A stretch of 64,000 nucleotides of DNA from Nostoc sp. DedSLP01 (lineage in GTDB: Bacteria > Cyanobacteriota > Cyanobacteriia > Cyanobacteriales > Nostocaceae): the NCBI GenBank assembly GCA_034530875.2, contig JAVRCJ020000006.1:1-64000 (forward strand), given 5' to 3'. Shown here one piece after another: positions 33,352 through 44,075 of this stretch. A program made the translations under genes and the position numbers. Position 1 is the stretch's first letter, and every line of letters begins with the position of its first letter. The notes under the pieces are model-generated. The model worked only from the letters and a program-made list of their open reading frames with translations. It was not told the origin of the DNA and did no database searches.

Positions 33352-33879
33352 ATGTTGAGCTTAAGTTATGCGCGTAATTTTTCTCTTTTAATATGCTTGT
33401 TTTCTTTATCTTGTTATAGTGCTAATTCATCTAGCATTGCTAATGCCATAGAAAACCAGCCACAACTTTATGCCAGTGGATGTAGTGTAAATCTCGATCC
33501 TGTAACCAATGAGGTGAAACTTCAAGCTCCGATAACTGCAAACGCCCAATCCCCAAGGACTAGATGTATAGTTAGAATCAATACCTTTACTACGCAAAAG
33601 CAATTTAGACTTGTACCTTTAGCAGTGAAAGGTCAAGTAAAGACAGCACCAGCACAAGTAGCTATCTCATCATTTTTACTTGGCGATCGCCCCACTCGTG
33701 TATTGTATCAAAGTCCACCATTCGGAAGTTCTATTAACTTTGATTTGACAAATCAAATTCCTCCAACTAACTATACAAGTAGTGGAAAAAGTCTTTTAGG
33801 GATTAATTTAGTCTTAATAACCAGCAAAGGAGAAGTACAGTTGACAGAAATGAGGTTTGCACTTCAACCGAAGATATGA
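33352..33879 (+). CDS. Secreted or lipoprotein hypothetical, probable distant paralogue of the upstream gene
   Basis: Signal peptide with LSC; shares GCSV, RxRCIxRxxT and GIN motifs. Confidence 0.65.
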   Translation: MLSLSYARNFSLLICLFSLSCYSANSSSIANAIENQPQLYASGCSVNLDPVTNEVKLQAPITANAQSPRTRCIVRINTFTTQKQFRLVPLAVKGQVKTAPAQVAISSFLLGDRPTRVLYQSPPFGSSINFDLTNQIPPTNYTSSGKSLLGINLVLITSKGEVQLTEMRFALQPKI

Positions 33880-34291
33880 TATTTTTCCAAAGGATTTATC
33901 CAGCGAGGAATTGTGTTTGGAAACTAGCCGAAATAGTGGTGATAGTGTTTAACTTTAAACTTGATACAAATGCCTGGGTAGGGTAACACGGCTAGTTGTG
34001 CTGCCCTACGGTAAATCTATTACCTAATAAATGTTATTGCAAATGTAGCCTTAGCGATCGCATTTTTTAGAAAAGCCAAATGTAGCCAAAGCGTTCTTGA
34101 AAGTTGGCAATAGCAACGGCTGAGATTGCTTACTCTTCAGGAACGCTTTTAGCGATCGCTCGCAATGGTTGTGATTAATTTTACATCGTTATTTAAAACA
34201 CCCTACAGACTAATGTTACTTACTTAAGCTGAAAGTGATTTGTTTCAATTCAAAATTCCCAATCTAAAATCCAAAATTGATTGATTCAATG

Positions 34292-34492
34292 TTACGGATC
34301 TTCAGGAAAAACCCATTTTGGCGGTTCCATCATTTTTCTCCGCAGACGTTCTTCAGCCATTTCCAACATTTTATCTAAAGAAGTTTCTTCAACAAATTTG
34401 GCAGTTGCTTCTCTAAACTCAATATTGGGGCATTTGTCCCCTAAAACGCAGCCGTTAACACAGGCTACAGCACAGTTAATTTTTTGCTCCAC
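34292..34492 (-). CDS. Small Cys-rich hypothetical protein (66 aa)
   Basis: AAAGGAG RBS then GTG; NCAVACVNGCVLGDKCPN. Confidence 0.75.
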   Translation of the reverse strand: MEQKINCAVACVNGCVLGDKCPNIEFREATAKFVEETSLDKMLEMAEERLRRKMMEPPKWVFPEDP

Positions 34493-34627
34493 AGTGAATT
34501 CCTCTCCTTTAAAGTTATGAGTTATAATTTCAACTCTTAACTTCTTAACTCTCAAACATTAGCTTCCAGATAAATTTTACCTTGCGCGTTGCTATCCTAA
34601 CGGTCTAAATACTTACCATTTATCAGC

Positions 34628-34790
34628 GAAGGCAGGAGGCAGGAGGAAAACTGCCCTCTGGAGCTTCTGCCACAACCAGAGGGAGCAAGAGTTTAAGATC
34701 CCTACGCAAGATTGAAAATTTGGTGGCTGCCCGTTGAGGGAGGATCTGAATACCTTTGGAGAACGGAACCTTCTGCCTCCTGCCTCCTTC
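34628..34790. repeat. STRR-bounded inverted-repeat element
   Basis: GAAGGCAGGAGGCAGGAGG ... CCTTCTGCCTCCTGCCTCCTTC. Confidence 0.6.
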
Positions 34791-34889
34791 AAAAAGTTCT
34801 GACTTATGAGTTATGAGTTAGGAGTGAGGAGTTATGATTTTGACTCCTATCTCCTCACTCCTAACTCCTGACTTTAATAAAAAACGCTG

Positions 34890-36284
34890 ATGTCCCAAAT
34901 CTTTGCCACTACTGGAACTATAGCCGCGATCGCCACTGCTGTTGTCCCCCAACAGGGTAGTGTTGGTATTGTGCGGGTATCTGGCGATCGAGCAATGTCC
35001 ATCGCCCAAACTTTATTTCACACGCCAGGGCGACAAGTTTGGCAAACTCACCAAATTCTCTACGGTTATATCCGTCACCCCCAGACGCAACAATTGGTAG
35101 ATGAAGCACTGTTACTGATTATGAAAGCACCCCGTTCTTACACCCGTGAAGATGTGGTGGAATTCCATTGCCACGGCGGAATCATGGCAGTGCAGCAAGT
35201 GTTGCAACTGTGTTTGGAAAATGGTGCAAGATTAGCTCAACCCGGAGAATTTACCCTCCGCGCCTTTTTGAATGGGCGATTGGATTTAACTCAAGCCGAA
35301 GGCATAGCCGATTTAGTGGGAGCCAAATCGCCACAAGCTGCCCAAACTGCTTTAGCTGGTTTACAAGGAAAATTAGCTCATCCCATCCGCCAGTTACGCG
35401 CTAACTGTTTGGATATTTTGGCAGAAATCGAAGCTCGAATTGATTTTGAGGAAGACCTTCCTCCGCTGGATGATAAAAGGATTGTATCAGAAATTGAGAA
35501 AATTGCCGCAGAAATTTCTCGGTTGTTGGCAACCAAAGACAAAGGTGAGTTGTTACGCACTGGTCTAAAAGTGGCAATTGTCGGGCGTCCGAATGTCGGC
35601 AAGTCAAGTTTATTGAATGCTTGGAGTCGGAGCGATCGCGCCATTGTTACAGATTTACCCGGTACAACCCGCGATGTGGTGGAATCGCAGTTAGTTGTAG
35701 GCGGAATTCCCGTACAGGTGCTAGATACTGCGGGAATTCGGGAAACAACAGACCAAGTGGAAAAAATTGGCGTCGAGCGATCGCGCCGTGCGGCAAATGC
35801 AGCCGATTTAGTCTTGCTTACGATTGATGCTTCAGCAGGATGGACTCAAGGCGATGAAGAAATTTACGCCCAAGTACAGCACCGTCCGTTAATTTTAGTA
35901 ATTAATAAAATCGATTTAATAGCAGAAAACCAAAGAAAAACTTTTCAATCTCAAATCCCAAATCGCAAATCTCAAATTTTTACATCTGCTGCCCAAAATC
36001 AAGGAATTGAGGATTTAGAAACAGCAATTTTAGAGATAGTTCAAGCAGGAAAAGTTCAAGCAGCTGACATGGATTTAGCCATTAACCAAAGACAAGCAGC
36101 AGCTTTAACTCAAGCTAAAATTTCCTTGGAACAAGTGCAAGCAACTATCGAGCAGCAGCTACCTCTTGATTTTTGGACAATTGACTTACGCGGTGCGATT
36201 CAAGCACTAGGAGAAATTACTGGAGAAGAAGTCACAGAATCAGTTTTAGATAGGATATTTTCTAGGTTTTGTATAGGCAAGTAA
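34890..36284 (+). CDS. mnmE: tRNA modification GTPase
   Basis: [35 protein letters not shown]. Confidence 0.98.
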   Translation: MSQIFATTGTIAAIATAVVPQQGSVGIVRVSGDRAMSIAQTLFHTPGRQVWQTHQILYGYIRHPQTQQLVDEALLLIMKAPRSYTREDVVEFHCHGGIMAVQQVLQLCLENGARLAQPGEFTLRAFLNGRLDLTQAEGIADLVGAKSPQAAQTALAGLQGKLAHPIRQLRANCLDILAEIEARIDFEEDLPPLDDKRIVSEIEKIAAEISRLLATKDKGELLRTGLKVAIVGRPNVGKSSLLNAWSRSDRAIVTDLPGTTRDVVESQLVVGGIPVQVLDTAGIRETTDQVEKIGVERSRRAANAADLVLLTIDASAGWTQGDEEIYAQVQHRPLILVINKIDLIAENQRKTFQSQIPNRKSQIFTSAAQNQGIEDLETAILEIVQAGKVQAADMDLAINQRQAAALTQAKISLEQVQATIEQQLPLDFWTIDLRGAIQALGEITGEEVTESVLDRIFSRFCIGK

Positions 36285-36361
36285 ATATCGATAAATTAGT
36301 TTTGTAGCTTGGATTTTTAAATAAAGCTTTTTAAAAGGCAAGAATCATCAAATAAGTCCTT

Positions 36362-37393
36362 TTAAATGCAATATTTGATTATATTATCAGCTATCTCCCG
36401 AAACCTATCTTTAAGAAGAGAAATCTGTTCGAGCTGATTCCAAGCCCAGTTGCCGCTACCTTGCAATGTCTTTATAGGGCGGAAGTTGTGAAGTTCAGAA
36501 ACAGGTACATTTTGCCAAATACTGTTTTGGACTAAGACATTCATATCTTCAATTTGTCCAATCTGATAATTATTTGGAAGACCCTGACACAGATTACCAT
36601 TTAGCCTTTGAACAAGATCCATTTTAATGGAATCAGAAATCTTATCATGGTGAATTTGATCTGCCTTTACTAATTGGTTATTTCGAGTATCAAAACCGTT
36701 GAAAATCCACCCTGCAAACTTTGGAGATCCTAATTCGTCATACTGAGTCAGATAGGGGTTAGAAGATTTAAATCGCTGAAAACCACTGCGCCAATCCTGA
36801 AAGAAACCAGGAAGCATTTCACCTATTAATCCAACACAGTATGCACTAAAAGTGTCCGATGTGCATGGAACAATGAAATAATCAGAGGAGTAGAGTGCAG
36901 CTCTCACCAAAGCACCAAATGAAGGAGGTAAATCAACCAACGCGTAGTCATAGGGTTCTACGTTGTTTGTTTTATTTGCAAAATCAATCAGGTCGCGCAG
37001 CACAACATACTTGGCTACACCAGTACCTGTAAGCAAATCAGAACCAACGCTTAGTGATTCAGAATAAACGTTTAGCCAAAAATCACCAGCTACAATCTCT
37101 GCTTTAGAGTGTGTATGACGACCTTTGTGGCTGAAAAACTCAAATCCACCTGTATTTTGCAAAAATCTTTGTAGGTAAGCGCGGATAGTAGTTCCATAGG
37201 GTACATTTTGAGTTGGTAATGTTTTTGTAAAGGTGTCAGTGCCCAAGACGGCTAAAGACAGATTGCACTGTGGGTCAAAATCAATCATCAGCACACGCTT
37301 TTCCTTTCGTGCTATTGCGTCTGCAAGATTCCACAGAATCGTTGTTTTCCCTACTCCACCTTTATTATTAAAAATTGAAATTATCTTGGTCAT
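36362..37393 (-). CDS. Orphan ParA/Soj-like (AAA_31) ATPase
   Basis: Deviant Walker A NNKGGVGKTT, IDFDPQCNL, VDLPPS. Confidence 0.85.
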   Translation of the reverse strand: MTKIISIFNNKGGVGKTTILWNLADAIARKEKRVLMIDFDPQCNLSLAVLGTDTFTKTLPTQNVPYGTTIRAYLQRFLQNTGGFEFFSHKGRHTHSKAEIVAGDFWLNVYSESLSVGSDLLTGTGVAKYVVLRDLIDFANKTNNVEPYDYALVDLPPSFGALVRAALYSSDYFIVPCTSDTFSAYCVGLIGEMLPGFFQDWRSGFQRFKSSNPYLTQYDELGSPKFAGWIFNGFDTRNNQLVKADQIHHDKISDSIKMDLVQRLNGNLCQGLPNNYQIGQIEDMNVLVQNSIWQNVPVSELHNFRPIKTLQGSGNWAWNQLEQISLLKDRFREIADNIIKYCI

Positions 37394-37832
37394 AAGCTAA
37401 CTACTACTTAATTGTGTGGGATGAAAAAATTTGTATGATTTAACTATTAATGAAATTCTAATAACCATATAGTTAGGATTAACCATAGATTATTGCTCAT
37501 AGTAGAAAATACATGACCTTAGTGTAACTAACGAAACTGAGAGTTTCGATTTTTGTAAATATTTATTTATTGACACACAAGTATTTTTACAGTTATCTCA
37601 AATTCGAGTTTATTCTATAGTTTAATAAAATCAATTCCATTTAGCATTTACTGGTTGCAGCAATAGCAGTATCACTATATGAAATACTGTCTATCACAGC
37701 AAAACCCATAATTTGAGGCTAATGCTCTGTCCTCAAATCGGTTTTTGCCTAGCATAGCCGATAATTTTGTGCCTGATCTACTTTTAAGATTTAGGTTCTA
37801 AAAACAGGAAACTCCAATTTAGCTTTTTCTCT

Positions 37833-38696
37833 TCAGAGTTGCACTGTTTCAATTGGTAAATGCTGTTCCAACCAATTTTCTAAATCAGCCAGTACTTGTT
37901 GATAATTCAGGTCGCTTTGAAGGTCGTGATAAGCACCTGGATACTCGATTCTCAGTTTATCCACGTAAGTCACCCGTTGAAAAAAAATTTTCCCTCCTTC
38001 AGGTACAGTTACCCGGTCTGCTCCACCGTGAAGAATTAACAGTGGTAATTGCCAATCAGCAGCATGGGCATTAACCCAATTAACGGTAGCCAAGAATTCT
38101 GTAGCTAGACGCGCACTACCTCTGGTATGGCGCAAGGAATCTTGGGCATAAGCAGCTAAAACTTTAGCATCTCGGGAACCGCCAGAAAGATCCAGTCCCG
38201 TATTCAAGGTGAAACGCGGCCAAACCCGTGAGAGCAATTTTCCTATAACTAAGCGGGTTTTTGACACTCCAATCTTTCCTAGAGCTGGGGCTAAGGTAAT
38301 TACACCTTGCAATGCAGATGCTTCCTGAGGATAACGCAGACCATAATCTAAGACAATTACTGAACCTAAACTATGACCTAAAAGAAAAATTGGACTTCCT
38401 GGCTGTTGAGTTTTGATTAATTCTAAAAATGCTCGTAGGTCTTCACGAAACTCACTCCAACGATTAATGTACCCTCGCTGACCCGGCGAACGTCCATGAC
38501 CGCGCAAATCAAAACCGTAGACAGCGTATTGCTTGGATATTAGATATTGAATTAGATTATCGTAGCGATCGCTGTGCGCTCCCAATCCATGTACGATTGC
38601 TAATATTGCCTTTACCTTTCCTTCTGGATACCAACTTTGATAATACAGTTCCAGCTTCCCGACTCCTGTAAATGTACCTTGTTGATGGCGAATCAT
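37833..38696 (-). CDS. Alpha/beta hydrolase, lysophospholipase-like
   Basis: VHGLGAH, DLRGHGRS, GHSLG, HGGAD, YHDL. Confidence 0.9.
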   Translation of the reverse strand: MIRHQQGTFTGVGKLELYYQSWYPEGKVKAILAIVHGLGAHSDRYDNLIQYLISKQYAVYGFDLRGHGRSPGQRGYINRWSEFREDLRAFLELIKTQQPGSPIFLLGHSLGSVIVLDYGLRYPQEASALQGVITLAPALGKIGVSKTRLVIGKLLSRVWPRFTLNTGLDLSGGSRDAKVLAAYAQDSLRHTRGSARLATEFLATVNWVNAHAADWQLPLLILHGGADRVTVPEGGKIFFQRVTYVDKLRIEYPGAYHDLQSDLNYQQVLADLENWLEQHLPIETVQL

Positions 38697-38892
38697 CGGA
38701 TTAATTTCTGACGGTTGTTCCTACTGAGCCACTAGTTTATTAAGCTACATTGTAAAGAAAATCGCTTCCAGCTTTCGGAAGAATCACTAGTCTTTACAGA
38801 CCGAGAATTAAGAAAAATTTTCCCAGTTCTCAGCTTTCAGCTTATAACTGCGGGTTGTTTAATAGTATAAAAACAAGAACTATGATTTGTTT

Positions 38893-39941
38893 ATGAATTC
38901 AAAGAGGTTGTTATCAAAAGTTCTAGCGACTCTGTTCGGGAAGACCTCGCTGATGCGGTAACTTCCCAAGTAGATACCAATGAAAAAACAGCTAATTTAA
39001 AATCCAGCGATCGCGAAGGAGATAATACAGAATTAGAAAATTTACCACTCCTGACTGAAGATAGTATTAAGCGGGTAAAAGAAGGTGTAGCTGCGGCTGG
39101 CGATCGCGCTGTTCGCCAAATGGTTGAGGAAACTCTCAATCGTCTTGCAGCTATGAATCAAGAAAATTCTGAGCCTAGAGTGAATTCTTGGGTGCGTCGT
39201 TTTGTCATGCGATCGCTCATTCATACTCTTTTCCAAGTCCGGGTAGAACACCTCGAAAGAATACCTCAGCAACCAGCAATCCTAGCAGTTAACCATCTCC
39301 ACCATATCGATCCATTACTACTATTAGCTGAACTTCCCACCCAACCCTACTACTACATCCTCGGCGATGCTCGTACTCTTTACAATAAGTGGTGGAAGCG
39401 CTTCATCCTGGGTTTTGCCGGAGGTGTAATTCCTTTGAAACGGATATGGAAAGAAGAAGTAGCCGTCATCAAAGCAGCTAAAGCAGGAAGGAAAGATTTA
39501 GCTGACCTAGCCGCAACAATTGAACAGACAGTACCCAAGGGAGATGATATACAGACATTGCGGCAGATAGACCGGATTATTCTCTCAATTTTGGCTCGTG
39601 GCGATGCAATGATTCTGTTTCCCGAAGGGCGTCTGGGAACTGTTGAAGCTCAGTTGCATCTCCCATTAAAGCGTGGGACTATAATTTATGCTTTGCGTGC
39701 TGGCGTACCGATTATTCCAATTGCAGTCATTGGAACCCATGACCTTTATTTGAGAAAAAAGTTAACTCTAAGGGTAGGCGAACCTTTACAATTTCCTTCA
39801 ACAACCAGACCGAAACGGCAAGAAGTAGACTTAGCTTTGCAAACTCTAGAGAAAGCAATGCTTACTCTGTTACCAACTAATTATCAGGAACCAACAGGAT
39901 TAAAACCGTTACATTATTTTCTCAATCATATATTGTGGTGA
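38893..39941 (+). CDS. Lysophospholipid acyltransferase (PlsC-like), probably frameshifted near codon 3
   Basis: NHLHHID and FPEGR motifs; frame open from 38886 with no start until 39120; ATG at 38893 is one base out of frame. Confidence 0.75.
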
Positions 39942-40218
39942 AAAATTACTTTTCTCAAAAGTTTGTAATCTGGAAATTTCACCAAAGAAAGGCAGAGGGC
40001 AGAAAGTTCCAACGCAGAAAATACAATTTCTGCCCTCTAGCAAAACGGTTTCAAATCTCCTTTTACAAACTTTGGATGTCTTATCTTTAAGAAGCTACAC
40101 CAAGCGTCTTAGGGGCTTTTGTAAGAGTGTTCATGAGTCGCACTCACAAGGAACAATGAAAATTTATTTTCCCTCCCCTCAACTTTCCACTCCCTATTTT
40201 CAAGGCAAGTCCATGAAA

Positions 40219-41073
40219 TTAAAGGATAATGTCGTTTACCACTAATGATGGCGCTCCTACCAGCTGAATCTCAAACTCAACAGATAGACTTCCATTAGTT
40301 GTACCTTGGAGAATACCTCCTGAATAACGAACCTGGCCTGGTGCAGAAAATTGCTGTTCCCCAATGAAAGTGAAGGCTTGGTTACCTTCTATAGTTGAGT
40401 TGGCATCAATCGTAGATAGATCGATTTGGTCTGGTGTCAGGCTACCGCTTCCCACAAAGTCAGTGATGAGATCTCGTAACAAACCGACAGAACTATCTGA
40501 AACTGAGTTGAACTGGAAAACATCATTATCTGCTCCTCCAGTAAGAGTATCAGTCCCAAAACCGCCGACGATAGTATCGTTGCCATTACCACCAATAAGG
40601 ATATCGTTGCCACTACTGCCATTGAGGATATCGTTGCCATTATCACCAATAAGGCTATCGTTACCATTACCGCCAGTGAGGATATCGTTACCATCACCAC
40701 CAATAACGGTATCGTCACCATCACCAGCGTTAAGGATATCGTTGCCACTACTGCCAGTGAGGCTATCGTTGCCATCACCGCTACTAACGATATTGCCAAG
40801 GCTACTGCCTTGAACGTTATCGTTGCTAATACCGTTAGTAACGTTATTGCCATTACTACCGTTACTACCGTTATTAACGATATTGCCACTACTATCGTTA
40901 CTAACTACATTGCCACTACTACCGTTACTACCGTTACTAACGGTATTTTCAGTAGTAGTGTTTTGAACGGTAGTGCTGCTATTGGAGATATTGTCGCTAT
41001 TGCCATTGAAGATATCTGTAATCTCACTGCTGCTAAAAATATCACCGAAAATGCTCAAGTCAAAGCTTTCCAT
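40219..41073 (-). CDS. RTX-type Ca-binding protein with serralysin-like C-terminus
   Basis: Multiple GGxGNDxL nonapeptides; DLITDF...[11 protein letters not shown]...GNQAFTFIG. Confidence 0.88.
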   Translation of the reverse strand: MESFDLSIFGDIFSSSEITDIFNGNSDNISNSSTTVQNTTTENTVSNGSNGSSGNVVSNDSSGNIVNNGSNGSNGNNVTNGISNDNVQGSSLGNIVSSGDGNDSLTGSSGNDILNAGDGDDTVIGGDGNDILTGGNGNDSLIGDNGNDILNGSSGNDILIGGNGNDTIVGGFGTDTLTGGADNDVFQFNSVSDSSVGLLRDLITDFVGSGSLTPDQIDLSTIDANSTIEGNQAFTFIGEQQFSAPGQVRYSGGILQGTTNGSLSVEFEIQLVGAPSLVVNDIIL

Positions 41074-41939
41074 TAATGAGGTTCTCCTAAGCTTACAAGG
41101 TAAAAAACTACCTCGTTACTTCTCATCAAAAAACAGTATTGCGAATTTTGAGTATGAATTTGCTTTCTTTGCACCTTGCAAAGAAAACAGTTTCAAACAT
41201 TGAAGTTCTAAACTTTATACTTTCGTTCAGCAACACAGAGAAGACAAAATAGAAAAATAACGAGTGCTAAAAGATAACTAAAGCAGACCTAATTGAAATA
41301 GATCTTTGCTTTAAGTCTCAAGGTTTGAGAAGTACTGGATATATTAATGATGTTGCCATCAAAATTATGCCAAGAGTCATTTACTATCCTTATGCCTTAT
41401 ATCTTCACCCCTTCCAGTACTAGATTGCTAGGGAACACTCAGATTTTATCGTACAGGATTATATAGGCTATAAGATACTTCTATTCTATTATGAATACAA
41501 AACTATAATATAACTTTTAAACCTGCTTTTTTTATCTCTTAAGTAAAGAATAATTAATTATCTTTTTCTCTGAAAAAAAATAAATGTATAGCCTTTATTT
41601 AGATAAATTTTCATCAGATGCATTTAGGTTTTTATAGTTGATATCCACACTTTAAATTTCAAAATGAAGTAAAAAATGCTACAATAACTATAAATATAAA
41701 AATCTACGATAATTAAGGAAACAATATTTAACGAATCTAATTTTGAGAATAAATAATCAAATAAAAAATCTTTTCCTTATAAAAGAATTTATCTAAGCAA
41801 TAAAAATTGGAGAACCGATTAGTTTGCGCCTTTGTATATCGATAAAGTATTATTTTACTGTGTGAGTGTTTACATAAAAAATTAGATAGTAATTTTGAGA
41901 AAGTGATGTGAGTAAACTAAAAATACAATTTATTTTTTC

Positions 41940-42128
41940 TAAGTAGCTCAACCTAAAAAAACGTCAGATGTAGATGTAAATAAATGTAGTAGCGCGGCAA
42001 GCTTAATTTGCTGGGTTGAGTAATTAATTATCATGATTGAATTTTGGTTTTTCAATCTGATGAACCCAATATTTTAGCCTTGCCACGCCAGTACTATTGT
42101 TTTATGTTTAATTAAGTTCACCTACTTA
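41940..42128. mobile_element. MITE-like element with imperfect ~27-bp inverted ends
   Basis: TAAGTAGCTCAACCTAA ... TTAAGTTCACCTACTTA; inner flanks shared with 6804-6939. Confidence 0.6.
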
Positions 42129-42307
42129 TTAGAGATGGTTTATAAACCAATACAGTTCAGTTAAGAGGAAAAGTAGGTTGGGTTGAGTGTAAGCGTTATC
42201 CAACAAAGTCCAGATAATGCAGCTATAAAAAATGACAATAAAGAATTCAACACTCAAGATTAACTTGAATATCTATTTGTGAATTTATTAATTACTATTA
42301 GTACTTA

Positions 42308-43972
42308 CTATCTACCTTGCCACACTCTTTGTAATGAATGAAAAAGTTTAGCAAATATATCTTCTAGCCAAACCATAACACGATCGAGCCATTCCAAAAC
42401 TTTCTCTAGGGGGTGTTTCACGTAACTTGTTGCAGTAACTTTGGCTTCTATCCAATCTGGCTGTGCTTCAACTTCAGTACTTTGATGAAACTGCTGTTGT
42501 AAAATTTCCCCTTTATTGCTCTTGCTATCAGATTGAGAAATAATACCTTCACTTTCCTTGAAAGAAGTAACTTTTGCAGATTTTTGGGGAATTGAGGCAA
42601 GGTTACGGGTTGTTTTTTTCCTTTGTACTAAACCAGATTTGGCTTTCGGCTGCGGTGAAATCAAATTCTTTGGCCAAGAAATCCCTGCTGATAAATTTGA
42701 AGGGAGAGCAGGATTTATATTTTCAGAAAGTGTAACTGGGTTGTCAGCAACCTTTTCGCTGTTACCAAACAAATCGCTCCATGTTAACCAAGGATCGTCT
42801 GTTAAATCTTGGTTTGGTAATTGACGGCTTTGAGATATTTTTCTAGAGTACCCAGATAATAGCTTATCTGGCTTGCTATCAGTTGTTGAATCGAGGGTTT
42901 TTCTATTACTAACACCAAAAAAGTAATTAAGTGCGGCTTCAATTAAAGCCTGCAAGTTCAATTTATGAGTTTCTAAATCATCAGCCTTAACTGCAATTTC
43001 TCCGCTGGCAGTTAACTGTTTTTTTCCATAAATAAATGTATTTAACTGGGTTTGGACGGCTTGAACAATTTCTTGGCTGCGTTGTTGAACGGGGACTAAA
43101 GCATTTGCTTCTACTTTGGCAACAGCTATATCTATAAATGCGAATAATTTAGCTGTATCAAGTAAATTGTTTGATTTTTCCTCGGCTAAGAGTGGAATAT
43201 TCGCCGTATTTGCTCCACTAAGTTTTGCTAATAAAGCGTCAATTTTTGGTAATAATTCTTTGACTTTTTTAGCTTCAGCTAATCGCCAACACTGCCAGTA
43301 ACTAGCAATTTCGCTAATAATCCGGTCTTGTAATTTTGCCTGCTGTTGGGGTGTTAAAATATCGAGAATTTCATTATCAGTAGTGACAAGTACCAAATTA
43401 CGATTCAGCAAATTTGTTGCAATTCCCCGTATATGTGCAAGATGCTGCTTGAGAGCATTTTCTGACCGTGAAGATTGGATACTTGCGGTTGAATTCTCTG
43501 TAATAGTTGAAGAATTAATAATATTAGTGTTATTTGTCGAATCTTGAGGGATAGATTTTCTGGAAAAAATCTTCAAAAAGCTCAAAGGGTTGAAAGATTG
43601 TGACGTTTTTTTTGGACTAGCGTTGGTCTCGCCCGTCGTAGACATCGCCTCATCTGATGACAGATAATAAACTGTCTCTAATACATGCTCAATAGGAGTA
43701 TCAACATTTAAATCAGTTTCCGGCTGAAAATCGTTATCATTTGATGGTAAATTCAGCCTCGATTGTGGTTCTTTGCCGTGTAGCGTTTTAGCATCAGATT
43801 CAGATGACTGAAACAGTAGATACACTGGATAAAGTAGTAATTCTACACCCCACTTACTGGCAACTTGCAAATGGCGGAAGGTGTTTTCCCACTGTTCTGT
43901 CAACCGCCGAGATTGCTGGTGGACAAAATTAAATAATTTGCTTTGATAACGACCAGAGTAACCAGAAGACAT
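42308..43972 (-). CDS. Hypothetical protein, probably conserved in cyanobacteria
   Basis: Long ORF; GRYQSKLFNF N-terminus and YVKHPLEKVLEWLDR C-terminus. Confidence 0.75.
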   Translation of the reverse strand: MSSGYSGRYQSKLFNFVHQQSRRLTEQWENTFRHLQVASKWGVELLLYPVYLLFQSSESDAKTLHGKEPQSRLNLPSNDNDFQPETDLNVDTPIEHVLETVYYLSSDEAMSTTGETNASPKKTSQSFNPLSFLKIFSRKSIPQDSTNNTNIINSSTITENSTASIQSSRSENALKQHLAHIRGIATNLLNRNLVLVTTDNEILDILTPQQQAKLQDRIISEIASYWQCWRLAEAKKVKELLPKIDALLAKLSGANTANIPLLAEEKSNNLLDTAKLFAFIDIAVAKVEANALVPVQQRSQEIVQAVQTQLNTFIYGKKQLTASGEIAVKADDLETHKLNLQALIEAALNYFFGVSNRKTLDSTTDSKPDKLLSGYSRKISQSRQLPNQDLTDDPWLTWSDLFGNSEKVADNPVTLSENINPALPSNLSAGISWPKNLISPQPKAKSGLVQRKKTTRNLASIPQKSAKVTSFKESEGIISQSDSKSNKGEILQQQFHQSTEVEAQPDWIEAKVTATSYVKHPLEKVLEWLDRVMVWLEDIFAKLFHSLQRVWQGR

Positions 43973-44075
43973 AATAGTAATTTTTGAGTTCGAGTCTTGT
44001 TTAGTTGTGAGACTCCCGCCAAACAATAAAAACCACAAACTGTTAATTATTGCGTGCACTCATTTTAGCGAGAAT

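Noticed and set aside
34007..34030. TACGGTAAATCT, resembling the ssuD box
   Set aside because: Only a half-site, partly formed by the CTAC end of a REP hairpin, and it lies between convergent genes
40364..41203. Antisense and alternate-frame ORFs over the RTX gene
   Set aside because: Expected by-products of repetitive codon usage
43973..44075. Apparent head-to-head overlap of ORFs 42308-44059 and 44007-47252
   Set aside because: Better starts at 43972 and 44076 remove the overlap
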